A stretch of DNA of 64,000 nt from a virus: positions 135-64,134 of IMG/VR virus record IMGVR_UViG_3300036402_000062; one strand, given 5' to 3'. The position numbers and the translations under genes were made by a program. The stretch's first letter is position 1, and each line of letters opens with the position of its first letter. Below the pieces are notes generated by a model, which was not told where the DNA came from, made no database searches, and saw only the letters and a list, made by a program, of their open reading frames with translations. This document shows positions 53,958 to 63,542 of the stretch, piece by piece.

Positions 53958-56767
53958 AGATCAGGCTGCATCGGCACATCTTCTCGGGCGCCGCGCCGGA
54001 GGAGTTCGAGGCAGACAGCCTCGCGCAGTGGCTTCTCGACCGGTACGAGCGCGGCCCGCGCGTCGGCTTTCAGGTCTTTGCCGGCGAGCCGTCGGCCGAG
54101 ACGGACATCACGTCCGACGAAGCAGCGATCCTGCGCGGGGACGCACCGATCTACACCGTGCTGCTGTCACCTGGGTACGGCACCGGCATCGGTGACGCGC
54201 TCATAGCGGCGGCTATTTCGATGACGGTCAGCGCTGCGGTGTCCTTCCTGTTCGCCAAAGACCCGACCACGCTGGACAACCGCTCGCAGGAGAGCCCGAA
54301 CAACCAGCTTTCCAACCGTGAGAACCGCGTGCGCGCGCTCGAGCGGGTGGAGGACATCTACGGCACGGTCAGGTCGATCCCGACCATGATGATGCCGACC
54401 TACTTCAAGTACATCGACCACAAGAAGGTCGAGTACGGCTACTACTGCATCGGCCGCGGATACTACGACGTCGACGACGTGCGGGACGGCGACACGCTGC
54501 TGTCGGACATCACCGGCGCAAGTGCCGCGGTGTATGCGCCCTTCACCTCGCCGAACAACGACTCGCCGCAGCTGCAGATCGGCGACGCCATCATCGACGA
54601 GATCCTGACCGTCACGCGCAGCAGCTCGGTCGACGCAATCACGCTGAAGGCGCAGAACCAGATCCAGCTCAAGGCCGCCAGCGAGTACTACTTCCGCGGG
54701 CCGTCGGTGCTGACGACGGCGCCGGTGCCGATCGCGACCGCAGTCGACATCCTGTACCAGCCGCTGGCGGACCGGAAGCCGAACTTCGCCGCGGTTTGCG
54801 AGATCGGACAGGTTCTCACAATCAGCATGTCGGATACCTCGGTCACGCGGGACCACACGACCGGCGGGCTGGTGGACGTCGACGCGGGATCGAACACCTA
54901 CACCAGCACGATCCCCGGCTTCTTCCGCGGTGTGGTGAACGGCTACACGATCAACGTGAGCGGAAGCTTCAGCAATTCCGCGAACATCGGTGTGAAGACC
55001 GTTCTTTCGCACACCGACCAGACACTCACGGTCGCCGAGACGCTGGTGACCGAAGCAAGTATCGGCACCGCGGCCTTTGACCTGGTGATCAGCTACGCCG
55101 GCACCCGCACCATCGCCACGGTCGAGAGCGGCTACGTCACGCTCACGAGCACCGCGCTGTACTACTCGATTCCGGAGAGCATCGTGGCGACGATCACGGT
55201 GGCGAACGGCCTGGCCGACTGGACCGACTGGTACACGCTACCGGACCTCGCGCGCACGGAGGTCTGGACGAACGTGATCGCGCAGAACGGCATCTACAAG
55301 GACGACGGGGCGAAGTCCAGTGCGACCGTGGCCTACGAGGTGCAGATCGAAGCGCTGGACGGCTTGCTGGCGCCGACGGGCATCGTGGAGACCGTCACCG
55401 GGTCGCTGAGCGGCGCCACCAGTTCGGAGCGCGCCGAAACGCTGGAGCGGGTAACTGGTTGGCTCGGGGCCTCGCGCGTGCGCGCGCGCCGCACGACAGC
55501 CTTCGACTACGACTTCACCGGCTTGGTGATCGACGAGATCAGGTGGATGGACCTGTACAGCGTCGTTCCGGTGGATAAGGCCCACTTCGGCAACAAGACG
55601 ACCATCCACACGGTGACGCGCACCACTGCCGGCTCGACTGCTGTGCGCCGGCGGGAATTGAACTGTCTGGCCTCGCGGCTGCTGCCGACCTTCAACGGCA
55701 CCGTCTATTCCGCCACCTTCGACGAGGATGGACTTCTATTTGGGGGAACGCTGAACCCCACGAGCAAGATTTTCGACATCATCTCCGCAGTTGCCATCGA
55801 TCCGAAGATCGGCGCCCTGTCACTCGACGACCTGGACCTGACGCAGATGTGGGCGGTGCAGCAGGCACTGGACGCCTGGAACACGGAGTGCGGGCAGTTC
55901 AACTACACGTTCGACAGCGACAGCCTCAGTTTCGAGGAGACGGTGCACGCCATCGCGAACGCCGGCTTTTGCGTGCCGTACCGGCAGAACGGGCAAATCC
56001 GCCTGGCGCTTGACCGGCCGCAGTCGGCAAGCGTGGCTCTGTTCACGCACAGGAACAAAAAGCCGGACTCGGAAACCATCACACGCACGTTCTCCACGCA
56101 GTCGGAATACGACGGGATCGAGCTGGCGTATCGCGACCCGGAGACAGAGGATCAGGAGACGATCCGCCTGCCGCTCGACGGCAGTTTCACGAAGCTGAAG
56201 AAGGTGGAGATCACCGGCATCCGAAGCTATGAGCAGGCGTGGTTCCGCGCCAACCGTGAATACAACAGGCTGCGCTCGCAGCGCATGACGATCGACACGG
56301 TGACGACGACGGACGCGCGCGCGCTGCTGCCGAACAGCCGCGTGGACATCGTGGATAACACGCGCTTCAAGAGCTTCGCAGGCGAGGTGGTTGGACAGAG
56401 CGGCCTGACGCTCACCCTGAGCTGCGACGTCGAGTTCCTGCCGTCGACGGCGCACAGCGTCGTGCTCATGAAGCGCGACGGCTCCATCCAGAGTCTCGCC
56501 TGCACCGAAGTAGCAGGCGAGACGAACAAGGTGCTGCTGGCCAGCACCCCGGCCGAGACGATCATCACGACACCGACGGCGGAAGACGGAATTCGCACGA
56601 TCTTCAGTTTCGCCGCCGACAGCGCGCGCGCCGCGCAGGCCTGGCTGGTGCAAGAGTTGGAGATCACGGACGACGGCTACGTCCGTATCCGCGGGATCAA
56701 CTACAGCGACGACTACTACACGGCCGACGAAGAGGCTGTGCCGGCCAAGGATGGCGTCATCAACTGA
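53954..56767 (+). CDS. central tail fibre/tip host-specificity protein (gpJ-like)
   Basis: 937 aa; SPNNQLSNRENRVR..ER..DIYG.V.S.P; FT.RNKKP; G..S..QA...A.RE. Confidence 0.9.
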   Translation: MKIRLHRHIFSGAAPEEFEADSLAQWLLDRYERGPRVGFQVFAGEPSAETDITSDEAAILRGDAPIYTVLLSPGYGTGIGDALIAAAISMTVSAAVSFLFAKDPTTLDNRSQESPNNQLSNRENRVRALERVEDIYGTVRSIPTMMMPTYFKYIDHKKVEYGYYCIGRGYYDVDDVRDGDTLLSDITGASAAVYAPFTSPNNDSPQLQIGDAIIDEILTVTRSSSVDAITLKAQNQIQLKAASEYYFRGPSVLTTAPVPIATAVDILYQPLADRKPNFAAVCEIGQVLTISMSDTSVTRDHTTGGLVDVDAGSNTYTSTIPGFFRGVVNGYTINVSGSFSNSANIGVKTVLSHTDQTLTVAETLVTEASIGTAAFDLVISYAGTRTIATVESGYVTLTSTALYYSIPESIVATITVANGLADWTDWYTLPDLARTEVWTNVIAQNGIYKDDGAKSSATVAYEVQIEALDGLLAPTGIVETVTGSLSGATSSERAETLERVTGWLGASRVRARRTTAFDYDFTGLVIDEIRWMDLYSVVPVDKAHFGNKTTIHTVTRTTAGSTAVRRRELNCLASRLLPTFNGTVYSATFDEDGLLFGGTLNPTSKIFDIISAVAIDPKIGALSLDDLDLTQMWAVQQALDAWNTECGQFNYTFDSDSLSFEETVHAIANAGFCVPYRQNGQIRLALDRPQSASVALFTHRNKKPDSETITRTFSTQSEYDGIELAYRDPETEDQETIRLPLDGSFTKLKKVEITGIRSYEQAWFRANREYNRLRSQRMTIDTVTTTDARALLPNSRVDIVDNTRFKSFAGEVVGQSGLTLTLSCDVEFLPSTAHSVVLMKRDGSIQSLACTEVAGETNKVLLASTPAETIITTPTAEDGIRTIFSFAADSARAAQAWLVQELEITDDGYVRIRGINYSDDYYTADEEAVPAKDGVIN

Positions 56768-56791
56768 CGCCCGTCGCAACGCAATGACCAG

Positions 56792-56818
56792 AGCGCCCTA
56801 GTGGCGCTTTTGTTTTTT
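56792..56818 (+). terminator. intrinsic terminator
   Basis: AGCGCC-ctagt-GGCGCT-TTTGTTTTTT. Confidence 0.7.
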
Positions 56819-56828
56819 AGGACCACTG

Positions 56829-58562
56829 ATGCCATCCATCAATCTCACCGATCTCCAAAACGCGAAGTTGGACGTCGACCATATCGACGAGGTAACCAAC
56901 TCCGCAGAGCTCACCGCGACCAACCGGCACGGCGTGGTGAAGGAGACGGTGGCAGGTGCGCTGTACAAGATCCAGGGGATCAACAACCGTGGTGCCTGGG
57001 CTTCGGTGACTGCGTATGCATCCAAGGACATCGTCTCGATTGGAGGCATCTGGTACATCTGCGTCGTTGCCCACACGTCAAGCGCTCTGTTTGCGACCGA
57101 TTCAGCAAGTAAGTGGCGCGTCTATCAGGGCGTCACCACGGGCGACTTGTCGGCTTCGAGCGGCGCGACGCTGATCGGCTTTCTGCGCAACTCCGTTGGC
57201 TCCGTCTTGCGCACCCTGCTGGCAAAGCTGTTCGACCTACCCCCGACGCCCCAGGACTTCGGCGCGGTTGTTGACGGTGTGACCCTAGCTTCCGCTACGA
57301 TTCAAGCAGCATTCGACAGTGTCTCCGGGTTCGGCACCGTTGACATCCCTGCCGGGGTCTACAACCTTGGCACGACCGGCGTCGTGTGCCCGTACAACGT
57401 GTCGATCCGCGCCGCAACCGGCGCGGAGTTCCTGTACAGCGGCAGCGGCACGGCGCTGAAGATCGAGGGGCAGGCATTCTCAACGCTGCGCGGGCGGTCG
57501 ATGGTGCTGCCGGTGGTGCGTCGCTCTCCGCTGCAACCGCCGGGCTGGTACAGCGGCACGGACAGCACTTCTATCGGCGTGCATCTGGTTGATGTTTCGC
57601 ACGACGACATCTATTTCCCTGCCGTCCTGTCGTTCGCCACTGGCATCAAGCTGGAAGCGGTTGCGTACAACGTCTTCCTCAACACCTTCCGACTCGGCCG
57701 CATCGCGAACAACAAGAAGGGCGTCGACTTCCTTGCTGGAGTCGGCTGGGGCGTCAATCAAAACACCTTCATTGGTGGCGGCATTCGCATTGATAGCGCG
57801 TACACGATGGTGGGTTGCTACAAGCTCTACATGCCCGGGGTGGAGGCGAACGGCAACACCTTCGTCGGCGTCGATCTGGAACGTGGCGCTTCCGAGTTGG
57901 CCATCTACTGCGAGTCGAGCGGCAACGTGTGGGTGAACTGCCGGTTCGAGTCCGGCACGACCATCCCGGGGTTCATCACGTTTACCCCGACTGCGACCGG
58001 CAACCAAATTCACGGCGGTGGTGGTGCACTGGTGAACACGGCCCCGTTCGTGAGCTGGATCGTAGACAACGGCTTCGCCAATTTCTACCACCTCGGCACC
58101 ATCATGGGCGGAAAGTATTTCCGCTGGGACCTGAACAACGTCAAGGCGCTGTTGCTGGGGAATGGCTCCGTGAACCCCGCATACCCGATCAGTGGGTACG
58201 GCACGGATCGGTTGCAGCTTGGTGATGCGACCGCTAAGGGTGGCGTGCGGCACTACGGCCCCATGCAGCAGGAGGAAGTCATCATCACCTCCGGTGGGAC
58301 ACTGACCGTGGGGGCGAACCACTACCAGTTGAATTACGCGACACCAACCACCGTAAATGCGATCAACACTGGTCTTGCCGACCAGACGGTGAGCGGTATT
58401 GTGAGTGTGACGGACATCAACGGGAATATCACGATCTCGCACGCAGTAGCCCCCGCTGCTGCGTCCGGCAGGTTCGTGAACAAGAGCGCAGCTAGCAAGG
58501 TGCTCACCGCCTATCAGCCGGTGTTCTATGTCGCGGTCAACGGCAACTTCTACGAAGTATGA
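56829..58562 (+). CDS. tailspike/depolymerase with beta-helix (pectate-lyase-3-like)
   Basis: N-terminal anchor LQNAKLDVDHI; DFGAVVDG....TIQAA, IPAG.Y; Asn/Gly-rich beta-helix repeats. Confidence 0.85.
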   Translation: MPSINLTDLQNAKLDVDHIDEVTNSAELTATNRHGVVKETVAGALYKIQGINNRGAWASVTAYASKDIVSIGGIWYICVVAHTSSALFATDSASKWRVYQGVTTGDLSASSGATLIGFLRNSVGSVLRTLLAKLFDLPPTPQDFGAVVDGVTLASATIQAAFDSVSGFGTVDIPAGVYNLGTTGVVCPYNVSIRAATGAEFLYSGSGTALKIEGQAFSTLRGRSMVLPVVRRSPLQPPGWYSGTDSTSIGVHLVDVSHDDIYFPAVLSFATGIKLEAVAYNVFLNTFRLGRIANNKKGVDFLAGVGWGVNQNTFIGGGIRIDSAYTMVGCYKLYMPGVEANGNTFVGVDLERGASELAIYCESSGNVWVNCRFESGTTIPGFITFTPTATGNQIHGGGGALVNTAPFVSWIVDNGFANFYHLGTIMGGKYFRWDLNNVKALLLGNGSVNPAYPISGYGTDRLQLGDATAKGGVRHYGPMQQEEVIITSGGTLTVGANHYQLNYATPTTVNAINTGLADQTVSGIVSVTDINGNITISHAVAPAAASGRFVNKSAASKVLTAYQPVFYVAVNGNFYEV

Positions 58563-59251
58563 GCCAGGACCAGCAGCGAGCAAAAGCCCAGCGCCCTCAC
58601 GGTGAGGTGCGGCGCGACGGCGAACATCGCCCGCACGAAGGGCTTGGCGATCTTGCGCTTCAGGGTCGTGGCGGGGAAGTCAAGAAATGGCGTTGTATAG
58701 GCGCTGTCGATCACCGTGTATCCGCAGTCGCGCAGGGTCGCAAGCGCGGTGTCGAGCGTGAAGTAGTGAAGGTGTCCGGAACCCTTGCGCTGGCTAAGCA
58801 GGGTGCCGCGCAGGACGGACAGCACGGTCACCTCCAGCGGAATGTGAAACACGACATACCTTGCTTTCCCACGCAGGGCGCGGGTGAACCCCATGTAGTC
58901 CTCGACGTGCTCGAAGACATCGATGCACAGCAGGCAGTCGAAGGTTTCCGGGTCAGCGTGGATGTCTTGCAGGCGAAACGTCACCTTGGCCGATTCGCGG
59001 GTACGGCACAGCGCAAAGGCTTGCGGGCTCAGCTCGTAGCCGACGAACGAAGCATCGGGCATGGCATTGGAGAGCTGGGCAAGTATTTCACCGGCTCCGC
59101 AACCAACCTCCGCGACCGACTTGGGCGCGACGTTGTTCTTTTGCAGGATGCGAATGATCTGCCGGGCCTTCCACGGGGAATCCTCAACGTGCCAGGTCTG
59201 GTGCTGTTGAAGGTAGCGGCCACCGACGTAGAGGTCGTTCGTTGTACCCAT
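58559..59251 (-). CDS. class I SAM-dependent methyltransferase (moron)
   Basis: VAEVGCGAGE, GYELS, DVFEHVED, GHLHYF; convergent with the tailspike. Confidence 0.88.
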
Positions 59252-59501
59252 GCTGAGCCTTCCCTGATTGGAAGGCCCAATCTACCCCAGACGCCGCCGA
59301 ATTCACAGTGGACCAATGGGTGGGTACTGGTTTTGACCCAGCTCGCGCTGCAGCTCGAAACCGACGGAGTGCCGCCGGCCAAGGAATATCACGTCACGCA
59401 GGGAGCGCGCACCTGGTCCGGGTGCTGGGTGCGCGACATGGGCGGCGACGTGATGACGCGAGCGCTGCACGCCGAGCCGGGGAACATCCCCCTGGACTGG
59501 T

Positions 59502-59696
59502 TCAAGCGCGAACAGGCTCCTGCATGTCCCGCACCACGATCACCAGCCCAGCATCCTCGCCGCCCATGACCTCGGCGACGTGCATGCCCTCCTGGAAGGT
59601 GATGCGAACAAGCTGGCCGTGGTCTTCCGGGTTCGATCGGTAGACCGCCACGCCCCAGGGCGGGTCCGGCAGGCGGGAAGGGACGCGGCGCTCCAT
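59502..59696 (-). CDS. hypothetical protein
   Basis: 64-aa ORF downstream of 59703-59939. Confidence 0.4.
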   Translation of the reverse strand: MERRVPSRLPDPPWGVAVYRSNPEDHGQLVRITFQEGMHVAEVMGGEDAGLVIVVRDMQEPVRA

Positions 59697-59702
59697 CAGG
59701 CC

Positions 59703-59939
59703 CTACCCCTTCGCCGGCGGCTTGACGCTGTCGTGGCCGGCCGACTGGTAGCGGTACATGGCCGTGAGCTGCTCCTCGGCGGTTTCCGGAAGGTCGCGCA
59801 TCTGGCGCGTGGCCAACTCCGGCTTGGCTCCAGGGTACTGCCGCGCCGCAGTCTCGGCGTCCATGGGGAAGCTGGTCAGGTACGGCCGGCGCCGACCCGG
59901 GGCGGTGACCCACCAGCGGAAGTATTCGACTTGGCGCAT
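59703..59939 (-). CDS. small phage hypothetical protein
   Basis: VEYFRW...M.AE.A..YP.A.P...TR..R.LPET pattern seen near phage att sites. Confidence 0.6.
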   Translation of the reverse strand: MRQVEYFRWWVTAPGRRRPYLTSFPMDAETAARQYPGAKPELATRQMRDLPETAEEQLTAMYRYQSAGHDSVKPPAKG

Positions 59940-59948
59940 GGCTGCCGA

Positions 59949-60203
59949 TTGTTCCGCAAAACGGTCAGGCGATAATGGCTTCCCTCTGAAAGAATTCGCC
60001 AGATATTGGCGCTTTGCGGAATAGCTTTGAACGTAAGTACTTGATCCGCAACGAATTCTCGATGGACTTAAAATCCGCCGCCGTGTAATAGCGGCGTCCC
60101 GGTTCGATCCCGGGTCGAGGCACCAGCAATAGATTTCGCGCTACAGATTCAATAGCGAATTGCCGCCGACTTCCGCAAAAATGCGGGGTTGTTCCGCAAA
60201 ACG
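59949..60203. mobile_element. attP-configuration attachment site
   Basis: tRNA-Leu 3' half core flanked by TTGTTCCGCAAAACG at 59949-59963 and 60189-60203, TTCCGCAAAA at 60171, inverted TTTGCGGAA at 60013. Confidence 0.85.
60064..60125 (+). pseudogene. 3' half of tRNA-Leu(TAA) (att core)
   Basis: GGA-CTTAAAA-TCC, long variable arm CGCCG/CGGCG, CCCGG-TTCGATC-CCGGG, ends ACCA; no D-arm upstream. Confidence 0.88.
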
Positions 60204-61370
60204 CTACTTGCGCGGGGTCACTTTCCGGCCGATCTTGTTCCGGATGTACCGCACCGTCATGCTCTCCGTGGTGTGCCCGAGGACTGCTTGGGCGGCGCGC
60301 GTGCCCTCCGCTTCGTCGGTCTCGGTGCCCACCTTGGCGCGGAAGTCGCGGAACTGGAACAGGTCCTTCTGCACGCCGCCGCGCTTGCGCGCTTCGTCGA
60401 AGCGGGAGCGGAGCATCGCCTCCGTGAGGGCCTCGCCTTCCTCGTTGACCAGCAGCATCATCGTGTGCACGACCGGCTTGCCGGCCTCACGCCGGCGCAG
60501 CGCCACCTGGCGCTTGTAGGCCCGGATCTCCGTGATCAGGTCGGCGAGGGCGCCCGCGATCACGATGCGCAGCTTCATCTTCGTCTTGCCCTGCCGCACC
60601 TCGAGGATCCCGCCAGGCACTTCGCCGCGGATGTGCACCTCGCTGCAGCGCCGCACATCAGAAGGGCGCTGCCCGATGATGTCGGCCAAGCGCATGGCGA
60701 ACTCCAATGGCTTGTCCGCGTGGGCCAGCACGCGTCCCACCAGCACGTCGTCTGGCGCGGCGTCACGGCCTTCCTCTTCGAAGCCGCTGATGCCGGCGCA
60801 GGGGTTCGACAGCTTCGTGAGCCCTTCCTCTCTCGCGTAATTCCACACGTGGGAGAACAGCGCCTTCTCACGGTTCGCGCGCACGTGCCCGAGGTCCACC
60901 GCGATCGGCTGCTCGGGCTTGCCGGCCGTGCGCCGCGCGGCGTTCCTTTCCTCAGCGAGCGTCTTAGCCGCCTTCACACGCCAGCGCAGGTACTGCGTGA
61001 CGTGCACGGGCTCGATGCTGTCCAGCGGCGCGGGCGGCTCGCCGAAGAACTTGAGCAGCCACACGAGCTCTTCCTCGTTGTCCTGCTGCGTGCGGGGTGC
61101 CTTGAGCGGCAGCACGTCCTTTCGGTACCCCTCGCACTTGCCGCGGCCGTTCAGCGCGTCAAGAAACGTCACGGGCCCGGCCGGGTTCGCGGGCGCCGGC
61201 TTGCTGGTGAGCTCGGCCCACTTCGCGACGGCCTGCACGTAATCGCTGCCCAGCGGAATCTCGCGTCGCGGCTTCGCGCCGGTGTCCAGGTAGTAGTGCA
61301 CCAGGTTGCCGCGCGGGCGAGCGCGCATCCCCTTGGGAAGGTTCGTCCAGCGGGTCGGCTTTCGCCCCAT
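60204..61370 (-). CDS. int: tyrosine integrase
   Basis: GQRPSDV, GKT, FRDFRAK, LGH...MT.RY catalytic residues; adjacent att site; start ATG 61370. Confidence 0.95.
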   Translation of the reverse strand: MGRKPTRWTNLPKGMRARPRGNLVHYYLDTGAKPRREIPLGSDYVQAVAKWAELTSKPAPANPAGPVTFLDALNGRGKCEGYRKDVLPLKAPRTQQDNEEELVWLLKFFGEPPAPLDSIEPVHVTQYLRWRVKAAKTLAEERNAARRTAGKPEQPIAVDLGHVRANREKALFSHVWNYAREEGLTKLSNPCAGISGFEEEGRDAAPDDVLVGRVLAHADKPLEFAMRLADIIGQRPSDVRRCSEVHIRGEVPGGILEVRQGKTKMKLRIVIAGALADLITEIRAYKRQVALRRREAGKPVVHTMMLLVNEEGEALTEAMLRSRFDEARKRGGVQKDLFQFRDFRAKVGTETDEAEGTRAAQAVLGHTTESMTVRYIRNKIGRKVTPRK

Positions 61371-61594
61371 TACGTTCCTCCGGCAATCACTCTCGGCGTC
61401 CAGCCCTGCGCCTGCGCCGCGCTGGCGGCTTCCTTGCGGCCTTCCACGGCGGCCCATGTCACCACCGGATGCCCGGTGGCGTTCACGCGGAATGGTATCC
61501 CCTCGGAGCGCAGCCACTCAATCTGGCGGCTCTTGTAAGCTCGGCCAGTGAGTTTCCGCACTGCGGCATCGTCAAGGAAACCGGTACTGCTCAT
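61370..61594 (-). CDS. excisionase-like (DUF4224) protein
   Basis: L...V.KLTGR..KSRQIEWL...GIPF.VNATG.PVV directly upstream of int. Confidence 0.85.
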   Translation of the reverse strand: MSSTGFLDDAAVRKLTGRAYKSRQIEWLRSEGIPFRVNATGHPVVTWAAVEGRKEAASAAQAQGWTPRVIAGGT

Positions 61595-61599
61595 ACGGG

Positions 61600-63267
61600 T
61601 CAGGCCGCGAGCCCCCGAAAGATGCCGGCCAGGCCGACCATCCCCTTGCCCGGATATTCCGCTACGCCGATGCCGTTGAGGGCGCCGCACATGTTGTTGA
61701 AGTGGCCGTTCACCGTGTATCCGGCGCGGCTGGCCAGCTCCTCGCGCGTGAGCGGCTCGCCGGCCTCGACCAGAACCGTGAAGACCCGACGCATCGGCTC
61801 GCCCTTCAGCACGCCGAGCACGCGCTGCACGAGGTTGTCGCGCGTCGGTTTGGCGTCCGGTTTGTTCGCCACCGCGCGGCCCAGCGCCAGCAGGCCCAGC
61901 GCGCCGCCGGTGGGGTAGTCGATCAGGCCACGCGTGCGCAGCTCGCCGCACTGGTTGTTGAAGTGGCCGTTGACGGTGTAGCCCGCCACGAAGGCCACCT
62001 GGTGCCGGGTCGGCTGCTCGACGCCCGCGGCTGCCCACCAGGCGAGGGCGTCCAGGAGGCGCTGCTGCGATGCCGTGACGCCGGCCGAGACCGGCCCCGG
62101 CGCCGCGGCGGCGACTGCCGGCGCGCGGGTGTGCTGTTGTCGCACAGGGGGTGCTGCTGGTGCGCCTGCACCGCCTGCAGCCGCGAGCTCCGCCTGCACC
62201 GCCTGCAGGCCTGCGGCGATCTTCTCCACGCCGGCGACCAGCGCCTTGCTGATGATCGGCGCCGCCGGCTTTATGGCGAGTTCGCGCTCCCGGGCCACAG
62301 CTTCGTCAATTCTCTTTTGCACCTCTCCAGAGGGGACGCCGGCGGATTGTGACGACCGCGTCAGCTGGCCGCGCAATTTCGCCACTTCGGCGCGCAGTTC
62401 CTCGACGGTGCGCACCTCCTGCTCCGCCTCCCGCTGCAGACCCTCCAGCTTCGTCAGCTTGGCCAGCACCGCCTTGGATGCCGGCGGCGGCGCCACCATG
62501 CCGCGCTGCCCGGTCTTCGGGTGGGACGTGGCGACCGGACCGACCTTCGTGCGCTCCACGGCGCGCGTCAGCGCCGGGCCGAACACGAAGGCCTCGCCGG
62601 GCTGCAGTTCGCGCAGCGTCTGGGCCGCGCCGGCTCGCGCGATGCCCAGTTCGTCGGCGGCGCGTTGCACGTCGACGTCCAAACCGGTGCGCATGATGAT
62701 CTTGTTCAGCAGCTCCGCGGCTACATCCTTGTGCAGCTTGGACAGGCGCTGTGTCGCGCCCACCAGCGCCAGCCCGCGCTTGCGGCCACGGCTGGCCAGG
62801 TCGATCACCGCTGCCAGGCTCTCGGCGCTGCCCACCTGGGGCGCGAACATCTGGATCTCGTCGATCGCCACCAGCGTCGGGTGCCAGACCTTCTTCGGCG
62901 CGTTGATCAGCGCCTCCAGGAAGCGCCTCACGAACAGGATCCGCTCGTGCGCCTTGAGCTCGTAGATGTCGAGGATGGCGGAGGTGCCCGACTCCCACAG
63001 CGCGCGGGCCAGCGCGGCGGCCGTCTGCGGCGTGGCCACCGCATCGGCGTCATGGGGCGCGCACACGATGTAGTCGAACTTCTCACGCAGGCTGGCGAAC
63101 TCGCCCTCGGGGTCGATCACCAACTGCTGCACGCCGGCGGCAGTCTGCTCGAGGATCCGGCGCAAGGTGTAGCTCTTGCCGGCGCCGCTGTTCGCCTGGA
63201 TCAGCATGCGGGTCTCCAACAGGACCGGCAGGTTGATCGGCACGCTGCCGAGACTTGGGGCGATCAT
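61600..63267 (-). CDS. HerA/FtsK-like ATPase with two C-terminal winged-helix repeats
   Basis: ANSGAGKS, IDPEGEF, IDEIQ, RGRKRG, ATQR; duplicated AGYTVNGHFNN.CG.L...G..Y P. Confidence 0.85.
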   Translation of the reverse strand: MIAPSLGSVPINLPVLLETRMLIQANSGAGKSYTLRRILEQTAAGVQQLVIDPEGEFASLREKFDYIVCAPHDADAVATPQTAAALARALWESGTSAILDIYELKAHERILFVRRFLEALINAPKKVWHPTLVAIDEIQMFAPQVGSAESLAAVIDLASRGRKRGLALVGATQRLSKLHKDVAAELLNKIIMRTGLDVDVQRAADELGIARAGAAQTLRELQPGEAFVFGPALTRAVERTKVGPVATSHPKTGQRGMVAPPPASKAVLAKLTKLEGLQREAEQEVRTVEELRAEVAKLRGQLTRSSQSAGVPSGEVQKRIDEAVARERELAIKPAAPIISKALVAGVEKIAAGLQAVQAELAAAGGAGAPAAPPVRQQHTRAPAVAAAAPGPVSAGVTASQQRLLDALAWWAAAGVEQPTRHQVAFVAGYTVNGHFNNQCGELRTRGLIDYPTGGALGLLALGRAVANKPDAKPTRDNLVQRVLGVLKGEPMRRVFTVLVEAGEPLTREELASRAGYTVNGHFNNMCGALNGIGVAEYPGKGMVGLAGIFRGLAA

Positions 63268-63542
63268 TCCGTCTTACCTCCGGCCCCATCAGTGGGTGCG
63301 GGTGGAAACGTGTGATGGCAATCCACCGGCACGCCATGGGGTCGCAGCACCATCACCGGCTCGACCGTTACGCGCACCGACGCCAGGAACATCCCGAGCA
63401 CGGCCATGCGAGCAGGAATGTCCACCTCCTGGCTGTCCCAGTTCTGCCGTTCGCCCATCGCGTCGATGGCTTGGGCGGGCGTTGCGAATGTTTCGGGCCA
63501 GCACTGGTCTTCGCGTTCAATGAACCATGTCCAGCGCATCAC
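63264..63542 (-). CDS. hypothetical phage protein
   Basis: Coupled 92-aa ORF. Confidence 0.6.
   Translation of the reverse strand: MMRWTWFIEREDQCWPETFATPAQAIDAMGERQNWDSQEVDIPARMAVLGMFLASVRVTVEPVMVLRPHGVPVDCHHTFPPAPTDGAGGKTE

Noticed and set aside
53954-58562. Diversity-generating retroelement or invertible tail-fibre cassette
   Set aside because: No reverse transcriptase, template/variable repeat pair or invertase seen.
60064-60125. Functional tRNA-Leu(TAA)
   Set aside because: The 5' acceptor strand and D-arm are absent; best explained as the att core.
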